The notes below the pieces were generated by a model that saw nothing but the letters and a program-made list of their open reading frames with translations, was not told where the DNA came from and ran no database searches. A stretch of 64,000 bases of DNA from Camelus ferus (lineage: Eukaryota). The DNA is taken from contig NC_045696.1 in the NCBI RefSeq assembly GCF_009834535.1, forward strand, positions 64,296,001 through 64,360,000, written 5' to 3'. Below are positions 53,660 to 64,000 of the stretch, piece after piece (position 1 is the first letter of the stretch; every line of letters begins with the position of its first letter). Position numbers and translations under genes: made by a program.

Positions 53660-53982
53660 TACTGACATTAGGAAATGGATTATTCTTTGTTGTGGAGGGC
53701 TGTCCTGTGCACTGTAAGATGTTTAGCAGTATCCCTGGGCTCTACACGTGTGACGCCAGTAGAGACATCCCTTCATCATGACCATAAAAAAATGGCCTCC
53801 AAATATTGCCTGAGAATATTCAGAGTGGAGAATGCATAGAAGCCACCCAGAAATACTCTAATTCCGGGCAGGCGGATGGAGCTGTCAAAATGGATGCAGG
53901 GAAGAGGGAAACAGGAGAGGCTGGAGCAGAATCCCAGAGCTGAGAAAACCCAGGCAAAATCATTCCCTACTGGAAACCACTG
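53660..53982. mobile_element. MER20 hAT MITE with an internal insertion
   Basis: gggctgtcctgtgcactgtaagatgtttagcagtatccctgg and terminus ggcaaaatc...ggaaaccactg. Confidence 0.8.
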
Positions 53983-54559
53983 AACTAGAAGAAAAATCCA
54001 AGAGAATTAAGGAAGAATTTCTGAGAGTGATGATTCAATCTTAAAAAAAAAAATCAGTGCAAAACAAACATTTCTGACAATGAGTTACTTAGTCTCCAAG
54101 GAAACACGGCCCCACCTGGAAAAAGGATGGGAAGATATTAAAGTCCCACTTGGCCCTAACTGGGTTGAGGAGCAGTATTGTCGATGAATGGCTTCCATCT
54201 ACTAAGACTGGTAGAGCTAAAGCTGTAAGTATTTTTAATAGTTAAACAATATTACAAGTTAAAGAAAGAGCAAATCAGAAGAAGGTAATAACCTTAGAAA
54301 TAAAGCCTCATCAGGGCTAATCATGATAACGGTCTCCTTTTCGGAAGCGACCTTTTCAATGACAGGACACTTTGGATTAGCTAATTATCATATTTACTGT
54401 GGAACTTTCCAATGAAAAGCAAACTGACTGTAGAGATTTTATGATTTACATAAAGACAAGTGACTAGCGAATCACGGATAATCTGCCAAACTCTAATACA
54501 ACACTTCCGTGCTATTATCTGAGACTGCTTCTTATGGAATTTTTTCACACTAGAAGTTG

Positions 54560-55100
54560 TATCATCAGTTCAACTCAGTTTAACCATTGATATAAGCCTT
54601 GGTTGGGGGGAGAGAGAAAGAAATGTTCAAGATAGTCTCCTTCACCTCCGTGAACTTGTTATCTAGTGATACAGAAACACCCTGAAATAAATTATATTAT
54701 TTTTAGTCTGAAGGAAACTAATTTAATAAGTTACAAGCAAGGAATAGGAATGAACTTGGGAATCCAAAGAAGGAAGCATCTAATTTCAGCAGACTGAGGT
54801 TTGGGGTAGGGAGGACACAGGAGGCTAGAGGATTGGGTGCTTATTAATAAAGATTTGAAACTGAGACTTAAAACTGGTTCAGCAGTCACTGACAGAGGGT
54901 GGGCAGTAAATGACAGTATAGGTGGGAGGAACACACGTGGCCAAAAACTGAACAGTCAGGAGGCGTAGGCTCTGTTTATAGAATGATGAGTAAATTCAGT
55001 GAACTACGAATGGAGTGTGGAATGTGTGATCGCATGGGCGACCCTGCTAGAAAACCAGATTGGTTAGCCGTAGAGAGCTTTGAATGCCAGGGTAAGGGGT
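54560..55100 (-). mobile_element. L2 fragments
   Basis: tttgaaactgagacttaaa...gggagaacacacgtggccaaa...gagctttgaatgccagggtaag. Confidence 0.55.
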
Positions 55101-56599
55101 ATATGAAGATGATTCAAAACTTCTGCCTTATTACTTTGGATATTTCAGTTTTAAATTATAGATTTCTCTCACTGCTTCTATCTCTAGATGACAGATTATA
55201 AATAAAGAGCACATTGTTGCTAAATTAATGTTTTACTCTTTTCAAAAGTATAGATGCATCTGAGATGCCATGACTGGTAGCAGTTCTAAAACTTGTTATC
55301 ATAACAAAATGGTTTTTCAGTCTTAGTCTTGATGCTGAATTTATATAGCAAACACACTATTTTCACCAGAATTATAAATCCATCTGGAGTGGCTTGGAGG
55401 AAGATGGTGGAGATTACAGAGTGACTAAAGTTTTCTGAAAATGTGATTTGGATACTACCATTATGCTTGATTAGTTAAGAGGCCAGTAGGTTAGGAATGA
55501 AAGAACAATGTGTTTGTTTATGCTCTATACCCAGGAATGAAGCGGTACATTAGTTAACAAAACTCAAAACATGTGTTTTATGGACACAGAGAATAGCAGA
55601 AAGGGGCTCTTTGAAGGTCCCCCTTCTTGAAAATGTCCACTAGATAATAAGATAGAAAAAGCAAATACTTTATATTATTAGACATGTTACATTAAATAAG
55701 TAAACATCCTTGTGTTAACCTCTAACCTTTCACCTTCCCAGCAAGTACTGTCCTGTGACGTTAAGAATCAAGGTTATAGCATAGTGTTAATGTCAAAGAG
55801 AGACTCACAGTTTTATCAGAAACGTTCCCACTAAGGAGTTCAGCTCTGAAAGCCCTTCTGTCAAGAGAGTTTGACCTCTCCCAAAATAGTCTGAATAATC
55901 ACTCCTCTAAGAAAACAAAAATGCCTTTGTGAAACGTGTCATAAAAATACAGTTATGTAGATTTCATTATCATTGCCCTTGCTCTGTCTATTAATAGTGT
56001 ATTTCTGAGATGCTTCATGTACACAAAATCTAGACAGGAGGTTAAGGTCTACTTGAATTACTGAATAGAAAACAGCATGCTACACTAAGGTCACAGTTTT
56101 TAAGTGTCTTGACCAAGCCACTTACTGATTTTCATTTAAATATAAAAACATGCCATATTTGTTTATTTTTATCCAAATCTTTCTGTGTCTTCTACTGAAG
56201 CATGATTGAAATAGTGTTCCTTACTGAATAATATCGTGTGTCCCACATTCACCAATCTTTTACTCTAATTCTGTGCCTGTATTATATTCTGCCTTGCATG
56301 TGAAAGTTTCTACTACAATGCCTAGCTCACAGAAGCTAGTAACATTCTACTAAGAGTAACTTTCTATTTAAATAGGTGACAACTGTATTGAAAATAAGTG
56401 AAGTAAATCTCAGTCCAACTTCACCAACTACACAGGACAATCCTCCTAGGTTGGGTCCACTTATCTGTGCTCAGAAAATAAGTTTGTCTTTATTGTGGAA
56501 GTATTTCTTAGTCATAATTCCTTTTCCAGCCAACTCCTATTTACCCTAGTGTGTTTATTTGACTAGTAACCTGTGAGATACAAAACGTCCACTTCCAAG

Positions 56600-56830
56600 A
56601 GAAACAGTAGTGTAACAGAAATCCAGTACAGCTCTGTGACCTAGAGGATGTGTTGGAATTCTGAATCTGTTGCTTGCTAATGCCGTGTCCTGAGAAAAGT
56701 TACTTAGCTTCTTGGAGTTTTCGTCCCCTAGGTTTATGTAAACTACAGTGACAGTGGTTACCTCATTGTGCTGTTGAAAGGTTAGGAGGGGACGTGTACA
56801 TAGATCTGGCCCCTGGTAGTAAGAGCTGGT
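56600..56830 (+). mobile_element. MIR SINE (degenerate)
   Basis: ggaattctgaatctgttgcttgctaa...aagttacttagcttc...gttacctcattgtgctgttg. Confidence 0.6.
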
Positions 56831-58529
56831 GCTGATGCTGGTGGTGATGTTATCAGGACGTGGCTGTAAGTGAGCTGTAACGAGTCAGCAGTAGTCGGAT
56901 CTGAATCCAGTACCTGGGAACAGCTGAGGGCAACAGAGAACAGGTGAATGGAGAGCCCTCAGAAGCCATCCCCCTGCAGGTGGATGGAGTTGTCAGGTGG
57001 AGGCAGGGAGGGGCAAGAACGGGGAAGCTGGGGCGGAATCCCTGAGATGACATAGGAGTAGGAAGAAAAATCAAATCAATGTCAAGAATGGAGTGGGGTA
57101 TGGCGCCAGGCAACTGACAAAGACATTAAAAAGAAAATTCTTCCTTAGCAGAAACAGAAACTAGAGAATACAGCAACTCAGAGAACTCAGCAATAATAAC
57201 ACAAACCTCTCACACCGGAGCTTCACAGGTTACATAGCACACATCCGTGCGTTCATGGTGACCCATCACCCAGTGCGTATGATAGCCAATAGTCTCAGCG
57301 TTTAGAAAGTAGAGAAATCCGAAAACCCCGATTTATATAAAATTTGTGACCTTGATGTTTTGGAAATCACCTCACTATATTTCTAAACATGTGTTAGAAA
57401 AGGGAGGGTATAATTGCCCAGACTTCCAATTGTAGGAAGAGGACTCGCAATACATAGCTGTCACATGTTCTCCTAGAGAGCCTGGAAGTGAAAAGCCCCT
57501 TTCCTAGGCAATGCCGCACCGTCAGCACGGTCGCTCATCAATGTCTGAGCAATCGTAAACCCTCCCACTGGCTGGGCCAGCGGCTGGAGCAGGGCCACCA
57601 GGCAGTGCCAGAAAGGTTAATTTAGTGTTCTGAGATGTACTTCCCCCAAGGCTAGAAATGCTGACTCCTCAGTGGTTGCTAAGGGGGAGAAATAGCCTCT
57701 TCACTGCCAAGCAGGCTTTGTCTGGGAAAATTGAGTTCTTGGTCACCCAGGCATTTTAATGGACTCTATGAATCACTGATCAGCCAAGAAAGAATGTGAA
57801 AGGACCCAAGGTCCTAAGTCTGCTGATTGGCTCTTTCAACAAAGACAAACGGAGAGCCAGTCATTCTCAATGAAGCAGGCCACAAACGAGATCCTTCCGG
57901 CTAACTCCAGACGCTCCTGTTTCTGTCCCTGGAGGACCATGGAGATAAAAGCTGCTATAAACCACAATTCCTTGCAGACAGCAGAAGAGAGTAGAGGAAA
58001 CAAGGATGGATTAAATCATCCTATGTCCTTCAAAAAGTCTAAGCCTTGGCTCACAGCAGGTAGGAGCTCCGAGATGACTGGAGCCCTCATTTTGCACAAG
58101 CTCCATGGAAACGACTGAGACATAACACAAGTTAGAAATAAAGGAGCTCAGCCTTGGAAAGGGAATTAAAGTTCATTATTCCAGCCACTCGCAAACCATT
58201 TGATACATTTGAGGCTGAGAGAAGCAAAGAAAAGAGCCCAAGGTCAGACTGTCTGTTAAAGGCAGAGCCGGAGTTCTCTCCTGTGACTGTGCACCTCCGA
58301 TGCCGTGTTGAGCGGACCACCTTCCCACGTGGAGGCACACTGGACAAACGCGGAAAGCAGCACCTTCCACAAGCAACGCGAGAGGAGCCAGAACAGAGCT
58401 TCTAGATGTTGTGGCTTCACAAACAATACATACTTCAACCAGAACAGGGGCCTTGTATAACAAAAGGACTTTCAACCAAACGGTAAGATTTTTTGCAGTC
58501 TCAGGGATTAAAAAAAGCAAAACTCTATC

Positions 58530-59280
58530 ATTTGGTTGCTTAACTGAGACCCAGTTGGAAAGTTAGAGAAGATCCAGTTCTGATCCAGTGTATATTGAGG
58601 AGACGTTTGCTGCCAGCAGAGAGGAAATAATGGGGACCTGTTTAGTCTCCTTTCTGAGGAAAAAAGAGGCAAAATATATGAAGCAATGGTCAAGTCATTG
58701 ACCATCAGGCAACCAAGGACAGTGATACCTGAGAATGCAAAGAAATTAGGTGAACCCTGTAATGGCCCCATTTTACCTCCTGGAGAGAGTTTGCAGGCTG
58801 TGGCATGGGTTGGGGAGCCCAAGTGGAACCCATGAACTCCCTGAGCTGGGATTATAAGGAGGCTCAGTCAGGTAGAGTCCATACAACAGAGTATGTACTA
58901 AAGAGGTGAGAGCTACAGAGAGAGAAAACTGAAGAGATTTTCAGAGTGTGTCCAGGGAATATTCAGCTAAATGCTGAACAGTGAAAGCATGAGGTGAACA
59001 AACAAATGATGGTATATCCATACAACAGCATCCTGCTGAGCAATAAAAAGGAACAAATTTATCAATACATGCAACAGCATGGGTAAATGGGAGTCATACG
59101 TGTATCCATTATCCTGATTGTAGTAACGGTTTTATGGAGTGATAAGCAATTGATATATAAACTCAAAACTCATCACTGGAATCATGCAGTATATATTCTT
59201 TGGCACCAGGCTTCTTTGTTTCAACATAATGTTTTTTGAGATTTTTCAGAGTTTTTGCAGGAATTCAAGGAGATAACTCC
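58530..59280 (+). mobile_element. Old L1 fragments
   Basis: aaacaaatgatggtatatccatacaac...caataaaaaggaacaaa...atacatgcaacagcatgg. Confidence 0.5.
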
Positions 59281-59319
59281 CCTAAGACAATGACAAGAAC
59301 ATGATAGGTATTCAACAAA

Positions 59320-59592
59320 TGGCAGTAGTGTAGAGATTAAAAGAATAGATCCTAGAGTCAGGAGAATTGATTTCGAGGACTAGTTACAGTCACAACACAT
59401 AACCAATGTTTCGGTAAGCTATTTTGCCTCTCTAAGCCCTAATTTCTCAATTGTAAAATAGAAATGACAGTAATAGTCTCTGCTGCCTCGTAAGATTGAT
59501 TTGAGAATTAAATGAGAAAATAGATACAAAGTACCTCCTGGCATACCTAGCACATGGTAGATGCTCAATAAATACGGCAAGTTGTATTATTA
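59320..59592 (+). mobile_element. MIR SINE
   Basis: cctctctaagccctaatttctcaattgtaaaatag...cctagcacatggtagatgctcaataaata. Confidence 0.8.
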
Positions 59593-60279
59593 TGCTCTTT
59601 CTTGCCCTCTTTCCTCCACCCATCTCCTGCCATCCTCTGCGGGTGACTGCCCACCACTTACATCATTTGTTCTATAAGGTACTCTGGCCTTGGGCGACCC
59701 CCTTACTCCACCAATCTCTCACTCTATTCCTCTCCAACAGCCCACACACTCTTTCTAACTTATCCTAAATCACTTCCAAGATGTCATTATTTTCTAAAAG
59801 TTCTAATTCTAAGTTTCACCTCTTTAATTACAACCTCATTTCTTCCCACCTCTCCCGTTCTTCAACCCCAGTTTCCCTGCTCTCCATATAGTTTTGCCAG
59901 GACTAGTTATAAAGAGGAGGATTTATGACAGCAAGACTGTCGTTTAATGGAAATGGCCCCCAACAACCTCATCAGCTGGTTTTTTTTTGTCTGTTTGTTT
60001 TTAAACTATTGATTCCTTAGAATAAGATCTACAGTCTGGTCAAGCACATTTGATGAGTCATGGACCAATCGAGACATCAGCATCCCTAAGTGGGTTTGAA
60101 ATCCCCGTGGTCCACACAGAAGTATCTGCTAGATTGGGAAAGCATCATTCACTTCCACAGATTTACTCTGTTAGCACTCTGTTGGCAGGAGGAAGAACCT
60201 GAACTATTGAATGTAATCAGATCATTTGACATCATGGCATTGACAGCAGGAATCTTGTTGCTTTCATCCTTGGCAGCAC

Positions 60280-60422
60280 ATTAAAACCTGAGGGAGTTTT
60301 TTTGCCTGTGCCTCTATCCCAAGAATTTCTGATTTAATTGGGTTGGGATGAGGCCTGACCATTAGTGTTTTTTAAATGTTGCCCTGAAGATGTTAATATT
60401 CAGTCAGCATTGAGAACAACTG
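60280..60422. mobile_element. MER5A-type hAT MITE fragment
   Basis: ttctgatttaattgggttgggatgaggcctg...ttgagaacaactg. Confidence 0.7.
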
Positions 60423-60501
60423 CAGTAGAGGGGAAAAGCAGGTTATTAGAAGGATTTCTTCTATCTAATCCCAATAATGCAATTAGAGGAAACTTACTCT
60501 T

Positions 60502-60660
60502 CAGTGGTGTGCTAGAGCTGGCTTGTAGGGGCTCATGAAAGTTAGTCGTTAAAATTTCACAAATTTTGCTGGCCATTTGGTGTCACATTGGTAGACTGAA
60601 AGTGGTCATGTAGGAGCACGTATGCATTGGCAAACACTACAAATCGTGGTGATTTCCCCC
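60502..60660. mobile_element. MER63-like hAT fragment
   Basis: cagtggtgtgctagagctggctt...ggcaaacactacaaatc. Confidence 0.55.
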
Positions 60661-61174
60661 CTGACTTGGGCATATACCCCAAAGTGAAATTATTGGTAGA
60701 TTAGAGCTTAAAATTTTATTGCACATATAAATAACCTTGGAATTTTGTTGAGAGTCTTTACTTAATTTCTCCTTCACCTTGAATCAGGAAATTATATGTG
60801 ACTAAAGACACTCTCCTTTTAATATTGTTTCTGATGAAAGTTTTTTTCCTGGGACTCGCCATGAAATTCCTCTGCTTCCTCTTCTTTTAAATAGAAATGG
60901 CTGCCCAGGGTGAAGTAGATAAATAACTTTGTAAACATGAACAGAGCTGAGGAGAAGGCCCCACTTTCTATGCAAGTCTATTTACTCTCATTTCCTCATT
61001 AGTCTGACAGTTTATAGATCTATTGATCTGTTAGACCTATTGGTAGAGTTTTCATGGCTCTCCAGACCCTTCCAGCACTATAAAACAGGAGTTATTGTTT
61101 TCCGTGTGTTTTATTGCAAGTGTATAAAAGGAAAAAAAAAAAAAAACAAACAAACTTATCCTGAACAGATATGG

Positions 61175-61510
61175 CAGCACAGAATTTCAGAGAAGGAAAC
61201 GGCCTTAGAAGTCACCTAGCCCAAGCTCCTCATTTGGCAAACGGGCCCAGACAGTTTAGGTGACTTATCCACGGTCATACCTCCAGTTAGTGGCCGAGCC
61301 AGAACTGTATATAACTCAGGTATCTTAATTTCTAAGCTATTTTACTTCCTCCTATGCCCTTGAACCTCAAAGAGTGGTCAGCTCACCAGCAGCACTGACA
61401 TTACTTGGGAGTTTGCTAAGGTCTACTCTAGATCTACTGGAAAAGAATCTGTATCTATCTTAACAAGGTTCCAAGGTTATTTGTATGCACATTAAAGTTT
61501 AGGAAGCACT
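61175..61510. mobile_element. MIR followed by a MER5-type MITE
   Basis: ggtgacttatccacggtcatac...gttagtggccgagccag; ttaacaaggttccaaggttatttgtatgcacattaaagtttaggaagcact. Confidence 0.65.
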
Positions 61511-61529
61511 AATCCATCCAATAATTCCA

Positions 61530-62055
61530 AATATAGGTGTTCAGACAAAAGAATTAAAAGTAATATCTCAGAGAGAGATCTGTACACCCATGTTCATAGC
61601 AGCAATTTTCACAGTAGCCAAAAGGTGGAAACACCCCAAATATCCATTCATGGATGAGTGGATAAACAAAGCATGATATCTACACACAATGAATCCTATT
61701 CCATCTTAAAAAAGAGGGACATTTGGACACATGCTATAATATAAGTGAAACTTGAGGACATTCTGGTGAGTAAAATAAGCCAGTCACAAAAAGACAAAGC
61801 CTGTATGACTTATATGAGGTACCTAGAGGCAAATTCATAGAGACAAACAGTGGTTGCCTGGGCCAGAAGGAGAGGGGGTGGTTTAAAGAGGACAGAGTTT
61901 CTGTTTTGCAAGATAAAAGAATTCTAGGGATGGGCTGCACAACAATGGGAATGTACTTAACACCACTGAACTGGGCACTTAAGATGGTTAAGATGATAAA
62001 TTTCATGTTTTGTATGGTTTATCATCATAAAAAAAATATTCACTTAAAAAAAAAG
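61530..62055 (+). mobile_element. L1MB-type 3' end
   Basis: tgtacacccatgttcatagcagca, ataagccagtcacaaaaagacaaa, gtacttaacaccactgaactg; A tail. Confidence 0.85.
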
Positions 62056-62288
62056 AAGTGCTAATCTGCACAATCTAATTCTGGTTTTTCTGGGAGGTTT
62101 GATGCAACAATTGGGGCAGATGTCAAGCAGAGATAAAACCAAGTGGGAAGACAATTGAAATGTGTTGAATAAAAATGTTTTTCATTTCTTTAAATTTATT
62201 TTGATTAGGCTTTGTGCAGGACTCAGAATCCTCACAACAAGGTGTTGTGAGGTGGCTTCAGGTGGCTATTTAATCTTCGTGTTTCTAC

Positions 62289-62399
62289 TAGGGTGGCCAT
62301 CTCATCCTGGTCTGCCTGGGACTCCCACTTTCAACACAAAAAGGCCCAGGTTTCAGGAAACCCCTTTGTCGGAGCAAATCGGGAGCACTGGCCACTCTA
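62289..62399. mobile_element. hAT-Blackjack-type MITE (MER81/MER94-like)
   Basis: TIRs tagggtggcca...tggccactcta. Confidence 0.65.
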
Positions 62400-63674
62400 C
62401 TTACAAGTGAATCTTGGAGGTGACGGAGCAACTACGTGGAGCCAAGATTCAAACTCAGTTCTGACTGACTAAAGGACCAAAAGAACTCCAATTAAATGAA
62501 TAAGAAAAAGAGAGGAGTGACCATAAAACTTCTCTGCCAATGATCTAGGTATGATAAGATCATATTACTGTAATACCACTCTCTAAAGTTTGGGTTTAAA
62601 CTTAAGGGAAATTTAATGTCATGTCAAACATTCTTAGCTAACTGGCCTCTGTCCCTATTAGAGATGTCATTATGACCATCAATATTCTGGAAAATTTGCA
62701 GATGCTGCTCTTGTAAAGCAAAGACAAATTTCTGATTTGTGCCTTGTGTTCAGAATGACTGTAAAGGACAGCAAAGAAACAACAGGCTAAGACCCCAGGC
62801 ATGGAGTATCATTAGGGCTATAATCAGGATTTGTCCAAAGCCTTTTTAATAAATGACTTTTAATTACTGTAAAAAAAAATTCATTGTAACTGTTAGTAAT
62901 GTTCAAAATATAGGCTGACGATTGGATGGGCAAAGATGTTTGGATTGCAGTCAGAGAATGACCTGTATTTGATTTTCCCTATATGCATTAGAGGTGGGCC
63001 GGGGGAATGAGGAAACCAGAGGAGTGGGGTTCACCTGAGTCCCAATAATCCATCTGAGCTGAGAAATCTCAGACATTCACAGATTAATGATGCTATCAGC
63101 TCTGAGGAAACTGTGTCACTGCCCCACGTTGCTTGGTTTGTTTTCATTCCATTTACACATTGAGGTTAACAATAAAACCCTGAAGTGAAAAGAAGAGGAT
63201 GGAATGTCAGCTTCTGTGAGCCTGTAGAAAGAGAAACCTTAGCCGTTAGAGAGAGCTGCCTTGAACAAAAACAAAGCAGCAGCCTGGAAGACTTTACCCA
63301 ACACATTCTCCGTGGAGGTCCACTGAAAGTTTCCCTTATCCACTCAAAGACAAATCCTGCAGAAATGAAGGCAGCCAAGTGGGTGATAGAATAGAACTAC
63401 CCTCAACCTTTTTCTCCTCCAACACCCTTGACAAATGATGTCCACATGCTGGTAAACTCCTGTGACTGCCCCTAAGGCTACTCCAAATTGCCGGTGTGAT
63501 TTCTGGAAATTCACTCTTGCAAATAGAATGCAAGCGAGTGACAGTGATTTCCCTGAAAGTTATTGTACAACAAAAAAGCCAGCCTCGCTTCCAATCCTAA
63601 TTCTTTAACAACCAAGTCAAGAATGACTCCTCTCCCACAAAGATCTGATCTGTATCTTCATAGCATTGTCATTC

Positions 63675-64000
63675 TCAGTAGAAACAACCCAAATGTCCAT
63701 CAACTGATGAATGAATAAACAAAATATGTTATATCCATGAATGCATAAATGGATGAAGCTCAAAAACGTTAGGCTAAGTGAAAGAAGCCGTACACAAAAG
63801 GATATACATTCTATGATTTCATTTATATAAAATGTCAAGCAAAGGCAAATTCAACCCAGATTAGATTAGTGGTTGCCCTGGGGCTGGGGGTGGAAATGGG
63901 GTGAAATTGTAAATAGGCGTGAGATTTCTTTTTAGGCTGCTGGGGATGTTCTAAAATTAGATTTTGTTGATGGTTGTGCAACTCTGTAAATATACTAAAA
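63675..64000 (+). mobile_element. Old L1 3' end, runs off the window
   Basis: gaaacaacccaaatgtccatcaactgatgaatg, ctaagtgaaagaagcc, gatggttgtgcaactctgtaaatatactaaaa. Confidence 0.85.

Noticed and set aside
56363..56374. Perfect 12-bp palindrome ctatttaaatag (MEF2-like)
   Set aside because: Expected by chance in AT-rich DNA of this length
1..64000. CRISPR arrays, operons, tRNA or rRNA genes, prokaryotic defence systems
   Set aside because: The sequence is mammalian and repeat-rich; I saw no repeat-spacer arrays, long ORFs or structured RNA genes

Overview
AT-rich mammalian genomic DNA, not prokaryotic. Its L1 3' ends look cetartiodactyl and I see no Bov-tA/ART2A, PRE, CHR, Alu, B1 or Can SINEs, which points to a camelid (inference). 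Much of the window is decayed interspersed repeats: L1, L2, MIR, MaLR/ERVL LTRs, hAT MITEs, four ERV1-type solo LTRs and a 5.5-kb two-LTR ERV1-like provirus on the minus strand with a tRNA-His primer-binding site and an env-TM remnant. No ORF in the track is a recognisable protein. The best non-repeat signal is a candidate minus-strand spliced transcript (exons 27828-27780, 8192-8137 and 6893-~6045 with AATAAA). One splicing of it gives a 105-aa ORF with a strong Kozak context. The gene is not identified. Repeat family names come from recalled consensus motifs, not a database search, and repeat boundaries are approximate.
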